A stretch of 64,000 nucleotides of DNA from Nemertoderma westbladi (lineage: Eukaryota; Animalia; Xenacoelomorpha), in NCBI GenBank assembly GCA_032718475.1, contig JAUCBJ010000121.1:23094-87093 (forward strand). Reading direction: 5' to 3'. The notes below the pieces were generated by a model. The model was not told the DNA's origin. It did no database searches and was given only the letters and a program-made list of their open reading frames with translations. The translations under genes and the position numbers were made by a program. This document shows positions 56,777 through 64,000 of this stretch, in pieces; positions within the stretch are counted from its first letter, which is position 1, and the number at the start of each line of letters is the position of its first letter.

Positions 56777-59700
56777 TTCAACAGAGTACGCGATACACAC
56801 TCTTACAGTACCAGAGCTAGTGCTTCAAACTTCTACCTCCCAAATTGTAAATCCTTTGAATCTGATACTTTCTTTTTTAACGGCATTAAAAATTGGAACG
56901 CTCTGCCAAATGAAATTAAAAACCTAGATAATCAACATTCTTTTAAATCTGCAGTTAAATCTCACCTCCGTGTGCAATGTAAAAATAGGTACAATAGTCC
57001 TACAGTAAGTTATTAGTTTATTAATTATTTACTATTTATACTGTAATTACGTTTTATATTAAATTGTTCTGTACATTACATCTTTATCGTTGAGTCGGGC
57101 ATTGTCACGCTCTCGGTAAAGTTGTACATGTACATAGTGTAATTACGTTTTATATTGGTTTTAGGTTAGCGTAGTGTAATAATGTATTTGTAACCAAGTA
57201 CCATAAAGGACCCCCTTGGAAATAAGCTGCAAAGCTTTAGGGGTAATCCTATATGTTATGTTGGACAATACCTATATACCGGTACATTGTTTGGTGTATT
57301 TGTTATTGTTTTTACATAATGTATAAATAAATCTTTAAATCTATATTTGTATTTCTTATTAAGTTCGTAATATTATTATCAACGTCGGCAAATAATACAC
57401 TAAGCATAGATGTAGCAGAAGGCAAGTCATTAATAAACAAAAGGAAAAAAGAGGGCCCAGTACCGAGCCCTGTGGTACACCGGTAGTAATAGGTAATGTT
57501 CTAGAATATACATTGTTGAGTTTAACTGATTGAGAGCGATTGGATATATAACTACTAAAGAACTTGTGAGGTAAGCCACGTACACCGTATTGTATCTAGT
57601 TTATCTAAAAGTATTCTATGGGCCCTCTATTGTATCGAACGCCTTACATAAATCTATGTAGGTTGTACAGGTCTGTAGAAGTATTTAAGTACTGATTGGT
57701 CTGTGATTTTGTACGAATGTCGGATTTTCTGATTTGAAATTAGGTGTGATACATGCAATTTTCATTTGTTTTGGTACTGATCCACTACTGAGAGATATAT
57801 TCACAATGTATGAGAGCGGTTCAGCTATTAGTGTGATGGTCGGGTACACAGCAGCGGCTGGCAATTTGTCATGGCCTGGGCTTGTCTATGCTTGTTTAAT
57901 CCATTGGCAGTCAGTAATATTTCTTGAGGGGTAATAGTATTGAGGGTGTGTAGTTTTTCAGAGGGTTCTGTCTGGGAGGTAGTCTAAGAGGAGATACATT
58001 CGGTTTTGGTATCTGTTTGTCTAATGTAATACCTACAGTTTGATATTGACTATTGAAACAGTTAGTAATCTACTTATGGTCTGTGTATGTGCGATTGTTG
58101 TTGATTATTAGTGCTGGTGCGGATTGTTTAGGTGGTCTTTGAAGGAGTCCTGTTATGTTTTTCCATAATATTCTTGTTGTCTGAGTTTTGAAATCCAGTG
58201 CTTTACTGTAGAAATATTTCTTAGCTGTTTGTAGTATGCTGTCAAGTGGGTTTCTGTATGTTTTAAATTTTAGTAAGTTTTCTGCTGCTGGATGTTTAGT
58301 ATAATTTCCATAGTCTGTCCCGTTTTCTCTGTGCTTTGTATATAATGTGTCTGTAAACCATGGTTTCTGTATATTTCGCACCTTAGTTCGTTCTAGAGGG
58401 AAGTTGATATCGAATTGTCATTTATAGATAGTTATAAATGCATCATAAGCATTGTCTGCAGAATTCTTAGTGTATACTTCAGTCCAGTCTGTATTTTGTA
58501 GACTCATTTTGAAATTTCATTGATTGATTTTATCATTTAGTTTTCGCTTGAAAATGTATTGCGGTTTTGATTTCTGTGTGGTAACAATGTCAGTAAGTAA
58601 AAATATTGGGAGGTGATCAGAAATTGGTGATATTAGTATACCCGATTTGAGGTTAGAGTCTGTGTTGGTAAATATATTGTCTATAAGAGTAGCAGAGTGG
58701 TTGGTTATTTGGGTTGGTTTAGATATTGTATGGATATAATTGAAGGATGTCATAAAGTTCAAAAAGTCACTGGTAATTGGGTTGGAGCTAGTCTTTAGTA
58801 AGTCGATGTTGTAATCCCCTAGTAGAAAGTTTGGTTTGTTTTTGTAATTAATTTTTGTTAGAATGGGATTAAGTGCACTTGTTTCATCTGGGACACTAGT
58901 TCCGGGTGGTCGTTATAAAACACCAGCAATGATATTTTTTGTTTTTGGTTGAGTAATTTCAACAAACAGCGACTCCACAGGAGTACCCGATTTACTTCGT
59001 AGGTCCCTCCGTTCTATCGCTGGTAGGTCGGAGATATATAGAGCAACCCCACCGCTGGATGTATCTCGTCTTTTCGTGAAAATTGAGTGTAATTTGGTAG
59101 CGGGAATTGGAAAATTTTGTTGTCATCTAGCCAGGTCTCAGAGAGTGCAATAATAGAGAACTTTCTTTTGAGGTTCGTTAGCAAACTTTCTACCTTCTCA
59201 AAATTAGCTGATATGCTGCGCACATTAAAATGTATCATGGATAGTTTTGGTGTCAGTGTTGCAAAATCTGTGTTATATTCGTCTGCAAAGTGGTAGTTAC
59301 AATTTCTTAAATATGATGTGGTAGTTGGTGCATGAATGTCAGTGTCTAAATCATTGTCGAAGTAGTTGTCTTTGGACTTGTGGACTTGTTGTTTGGGTTG
59401 TGGGGTCAGTAATTGTGTATTTGTCGAAGTATTGCGTATCAAGGTAAGAAATATTGATACAATCAGGAATTTTGTAATCTCTCACAGTGAGAATAGATTC
59501 GTCATCATCTGTAATGTTCATAAACGGTAGTGCATCTGCAAGACAAGGGGGATAGTACCAGGGAGAGTTGGAGTTCTGAAATTGTCTGTAATCTTTCTGT
59601 GTAAGTGAAAGTTACACACACTTTAGATGTAGCCATTGGCCACACAGGTCGCACCCTAAGGCCTTACTTAATTTTGATTATTATTTGTTGTTGGTAAGTT

Positions 59701-61449
59701 AATTAACGTTTTAGTTTTACTACAATATTACTTTGTGACGTTACGTGGCTGACGTGGCTTGTTACCAACCTTCCTGGAGGAAGACTTTGATGGTGGTTTA
59801 ACAGTTTTATCATGGACGTTCGTTGTCTGTTGATTGCGCTGCAGCTGTACTGGCTTGGGGTTGTTGCTAGTAGTTGACGTTGGTGGGGACCATGCATTGA
59901 CGTCCTTATCATGGTAATAACCTGTAAGGGTCTCTACCATTGGATTTGGCCACCATGATCCGACCATCTATCGACCACGCCGCCCGAATCCCTCCCTTAT
60001 CCTTGGCCGCCTTCAGAAGTGTACCACGATGCTTGGTTAAGCTCTCTTATATAGTTGTTCCCTTTAGTTTTGGATGCACTTCTGTTTAGCTCTATAGTTT
60101 GTAAACTCTATAATAGCGACATTGTTTTCAGTTTCCGTTCTCTACTGGAAGATTGTGGCAGTTATCGATTTCATCGAGAGAGATGTTTAGGTTTAACTTC
60201 TCTTTAAGAAACACCATAACGTATTTCGCAGGTTCGTCGACAACATCCTTTATCAGATGGAAGACAAATACCGCGGATTAAGATGCAGTTTTTTCTCGAA
60301 TACTGCCAGGTCGGTATTGGCGATACAATCGTTTAGTTTATCTAGAACCTCGGTTGATCTGCTCTGTCAGTCCCGGAGATTCTCGATGTCATGGTTGATA
60401 CCCTTATAAACTTCCTGAGAGATTCTTTCTATAAGGGATTGATTGCTTTTGCTGCAGCCAGTAGGTTTATCTCCCACTGGCAGAGATAGGCAGATGCGTT
60501 CGTCAATTATCACTGGGAGATTCGAGAGGGTATCAACGATCTTTATATTGTCACTGATAGTATATCTTTCATTATTGATAGCTTCTCTAGTTGCCTCAAT
60601 CGAATCAGCAAGTTCAGAGAAGTGGTTTACAGTAGGCTATTACTGTATTACTCAATGAATAACCTCAATGAATAAAGCAAATAGATGCTCAAACGTTTAG
60701 TGTTCCATGACGCACAGTAATAAAATAAAACAATCAAAAAGTGAAGTCGCAATAGCTTCTACAGAATCGGAAGAAGGAGCCAAGAGAATCGATGACATGA
60801 CAATCCACCAAAGCTTCGAGTAAGTTTCAGCTATCACAACCACGTAAATAAATAATGAGATAATATCAAATAATAATAATAATAATAATTGCAATCAATA
60901 GCAATCAATCAGGCCTAAATAATAAATATAAAAAGTACCTGGTACCGGTTCGGTAGGCTATTGTAATTAGGGCTGCTGGCAGGCCAGGTTGGAATTCATG
61001 CATGAGTGCGCAGGTAAGGTACACTTTGTTGTTTCGAGATCACCGCGCACCTGAAATTAGCTTGTCGCGCACCTGAAATTAGCTTGTCGCGCACCTCATA
61101 ATCCATACAAAATCGCGCAGCTCATGTCAGCATGTCATGCATATCTCAAAAAATCGTACAGCTCATAAGAACAATTTTACATACCTATTTTACAAGTTTG
61201 AGTGTTTCAAAGCTTACCGGTGCGGTATCTTAGTGCGTTTGTACTTTGAATCTACATAATAAATGTAAAATCAAATCAAAATTGTTAATATTAAAAAATA
61301 TTTATTTGAAAAGGCTCTTTTTCTCACTAATATTTTTAAAATTGAGTTAATTAACTTTTTTTCACAAATTTCCAGAAAAATACGTCTTTTTTTAAACTAA
61401 TTTTTTACTTTTTTTTAACTAATTTTTTACCCTTTTTCAAGAGCACTGA

Positions 61450-61992
61450 ATGCAGACTGGACAGACTGATGAGGTTCTGATTAAGGACATGGGGAGCAGT
61501 TGGCGACTCGCCAACTCGTCAGCAGATGATAGTGGCAATGGTTGTATTGGTCTATTGATGAATCCAACTGCACATGCAGCATTGGATAAAATAGACCAAA
61601 TCTCTAACCGCATCATCCGTTGCCACTTCTCATGTTCTGGAAGACTGGCTAAGAAGTTCCCTAAGGTGGTTCTGATTGTGTGCTACTCTCCAACTAGTGT
61701 TGCCCCTGTAGAGGAGGTGGAAAATTTCTACCACATTCTTCAAGCAGCTACTGATGGAGTGGATCAGCATGCATTCTTAACATTCCTGGGAGACTTTAAT
61801 GCAAGTCTGCATCAATCACCTACATCGCCCCGGGTCTATAGCAATAGTGTCAACCGAAATTCCGTCCATCTTCAGGATTTTATCTCTGGAAATGGATTGT
61901 TTTCCAGGAACCCAGTTCAAGAAGCGAACTGGAAAGCTATGGACTCATAGTGGACCCAATGGTCACAAGTCCCAGATAGACCATATTCTGTT
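61450..61992 (+). pseudogene. RTE-type apurinic endonuclease fragment
   Basis: GCIGLLM, ISNRII, VCYSPT, ENFY, LGDFNA, then a frameshift into LWTHSGPNGHKSQIDHIL. Confidence 0.85.
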
Positions 61993-63025
61993 ACTGGAGA
62001 GTCGCTTCCTATTCACCCAGTTCCAGGTCATAGTACAGCAAGGGAACACTGCCATGACAGTATATCTATGTCGGAGGTTTCGGTAGACCTGGGGGTGGAC
62101 AAGGAGAACTTACGGGATTATGAAATCGCGAGGCTTCAATATAAATTAAAGTCTACCAGTAATGTAAATCGGGAGAGAAAGGTAGAGCTTACACAACGAA
62201 TTAAGAATTTGAAAAGGAGAAAGATTCCGATTGTGGATGGAGCTCAATTACGCTGCGGTACGAAGTCTGAAAATCTTGGTGAGTGAGTCTGAGTCCAAGT
62301 CATTCTTGTCATTCAATTTAACCCCATCTGAAATTTGGAAATAAATTTTGATTTCATCAATCATTATTGGGGATGAATTTCAGGTATGTTATTATGGGTT
62401 TACGAGGTCGCTGATCATGCCACAACTTGATAAACTTTATTGGTAGGTAACCACCGTTTTTGGTGCCAGTCTGGTGGGACGAAAAGTACAAGCAGCACAA
62501 CATTTCAAACTGCCAAAAGTTTAATTTGATTCCAGGATAATTTTGAAGCCTGATAGTAAATTATTACATAACAATACACAACATTACATAAATTATTACA
62601 ACTAACATTTACCTTTATTTTCAATTATAATTATATGAAATTATTCACAAGTTCAGTAGTCACAAAGGCTAAGAAAACTCATTTCTTAAAGTAATTACGT
62701 TGTTATGTCTAATTGAATTAACAATATATTTTCAAACTTATATCGCAATCAAAGTCACATATTTATTTCTCAGTATGTCACTAGTCACTAGTCACTACCC
62801 AATGCGTGTACGTTGTCAGTCGTACCTTAATATAGAATTTATGTCTTATGGATGGTGTAATTTTAGGAAAAAATGTTAATTACTTAAATAATAATAATTT
62901 GTACCAACAGAATATAACATTGGTCAGATGCAAACCAAGGGACTGTAAAGAATGGGTGGCATAAATATTTATCAGCACCACAATGGTACCATGCTACATT
63001 TTATTATTATAAGAAAGATAATTCT

Positions 63026-63697
63026 GTGCCTTTGTTGCTTCAAGTAAACATAATATCTGGTAAATTTCTAGTTCATGGAGACCCAATATGTCGTCTACCT
63101 GACTCTATATGTAAACACAAAGACTTTTGTCTTGTATTTGGATCAAATATATTTGTAGTTCAACCAACTGGCAAACCAGGATCATATGTTACAGCTCATA
63201 AATTATATGGGGCAACATATACATTTGCTGTTGATGGTTCATCACTTATCATCGAAGAGCGAAAATCTGACAATACAACCTATAGATTAATACCAAGCCA
63301 TGTATTTGAAAATGACATTCCAGAATTACTTAGGAGCAATCATAGCCATTGGCTAGACATAACTAGTAATATAATTTATTTTCGACAAAGAGAATTCAAT
63401 AATCCTCAATTTGCTTGTGATAATGTTGAGTCATTGCCATATATTCTGGATTTGAAAAACTATCAACTCATTGATAGACAGGCTAAGCAGAGGTTTTTGG
63501 ACCTTAACAGTTCCAGCTTTTTAGAGCTTTATGAGAAAGTCTTCTATCGTGTGGATAAATCACAGTTTGTACACATACTAATGGACGAAAAAGATACTAT
63601 TACAGTTTTCCTTCCCAATATTGGTTTGCATTTTACCCTTAAAGAAAGGAGTGACAGTTGTGTGGAGTTTGTGTGGAGTTTGTGCGTTTGTAGGTGA
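63026..63697 (+). pseudogene. Fragment or exon resembling the giant DUF3638/DUF3645-type proteins
   Basis: VNIISGKFLVHGDPICRLPDSICKH..F..VFG...F.V.P, LIIEE, LIP.HVF..DIP.LL...HSHW match my recollection of this family's conserved region. No start context, and it ends abruptly. Confidence 0.5.
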
Positions 63698-64000
63698 ATG
63701 CTGCTACTAAAGTGTGTTTACAGTAGCTAGTCGCAATTGTAAAGTAGACCTAACTCTCATATAAAGAACCTTAAGTAATTTCAAGACTTTGGGACGGACA
63801 GTGGAGTGACTTGTGCCGGTTACCGTGTCGTACTGTTGCCACAACGTTGGCGTAAACACCGCGACAACGGTGCATCGGCGCTGAGGATCCCACTGTCCGG
63901 GGTTAGAGAGGGTTAGGCAGCAACGCCCGCTCGCCTAAAGCTAAACTCATTATAATATTAATAAACTCATATAACAGATATGACGGAGTTGATAGAAGAT

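Larger units (their letters stand above)
47434..57342 (+). mobile_element. 5'-truncated CR1/L2-group LINE (middle layer) with a 20-bp TSD
   Basis: TSD atatttgtatttcttattaa at 47414-47433 and 57343-57362. APE end TRITSKTSTLLDHIL, RT NYRPVSIL, QSGFR, then after the LTR insertion DLQKAFD, GVPQGS, LYADD, KYLG. Confidence 0.92.
46440..60400 (-). mobile_element. Old, degraded CR1/L2-group LINE (outer layer of the nest); parts at ~46440-47433 and 57343-~60400
   Basis: ORF1-like DKGGIRAAWSIDGR (~59960), APE HFNVRS / ALSETWL / SDHLPIF, RT GVPQG. The frame LFADVDNNITNLIRNTNIELCELSNWCAVNKLSLN is restored when 47434-57362 is removed. Outer boundaries are approximate. Confidence 0.85.

Noticed and set aside
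61466-61480. CTGATGAG as a hammerhead ribozyme core
   Set aside because: It lies in the endonuclease coding frame, with no downstream GAAA or flanking stems.

Overview
Eukaryotic (very likely invertebrate animal) genomic DNA made almost entirely of nested transposable elements. Main components: (i) a long BEL/Pao LTR retrotransposon (638-~11822, +) with a disrupted gag-pol, an ~0.8-kb array of short hairpins separated by (TTAG)n, and an intact 848-aa extra ORF in the env position that reads as a DEDDy (WRN/EXD/RNase D-like) 3'-5' exonuclease plus three CCHC zinc knuckles; (ii) two related elements: a complete 7.1-kb non-autonomous derivative (48695-55814, -, TSD CCTGC) and the 5' LTR of another copy inserted into the first element's gag; (iii) a PHD+CCCH-ORF1 CR1-group LINE interrupted by a full Mag-type Gypsy element (TSD GTAAT) and by a LINE 3' tail; (iv) a piggyBac remnant split by a head-to-head pair of RTE copies; (v) several further LINE, SINE and BEL fragments, a 55-bp satellite and a three-level LINE>LINE>LTR nest; (vi) one apparently intact host gene (secreted/GPI-type, 10-Cys, Ly6/uPAR-like) and a DUF3638-family-like fragment. 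The best candidate for a new system is the BEL family with its exonuclease/zinc-knuckle accessory ORF, covarying hairpin array, non-TGG primer site and non-autonomous partner. All domain calls come from motif reading by eye, not from database searches.
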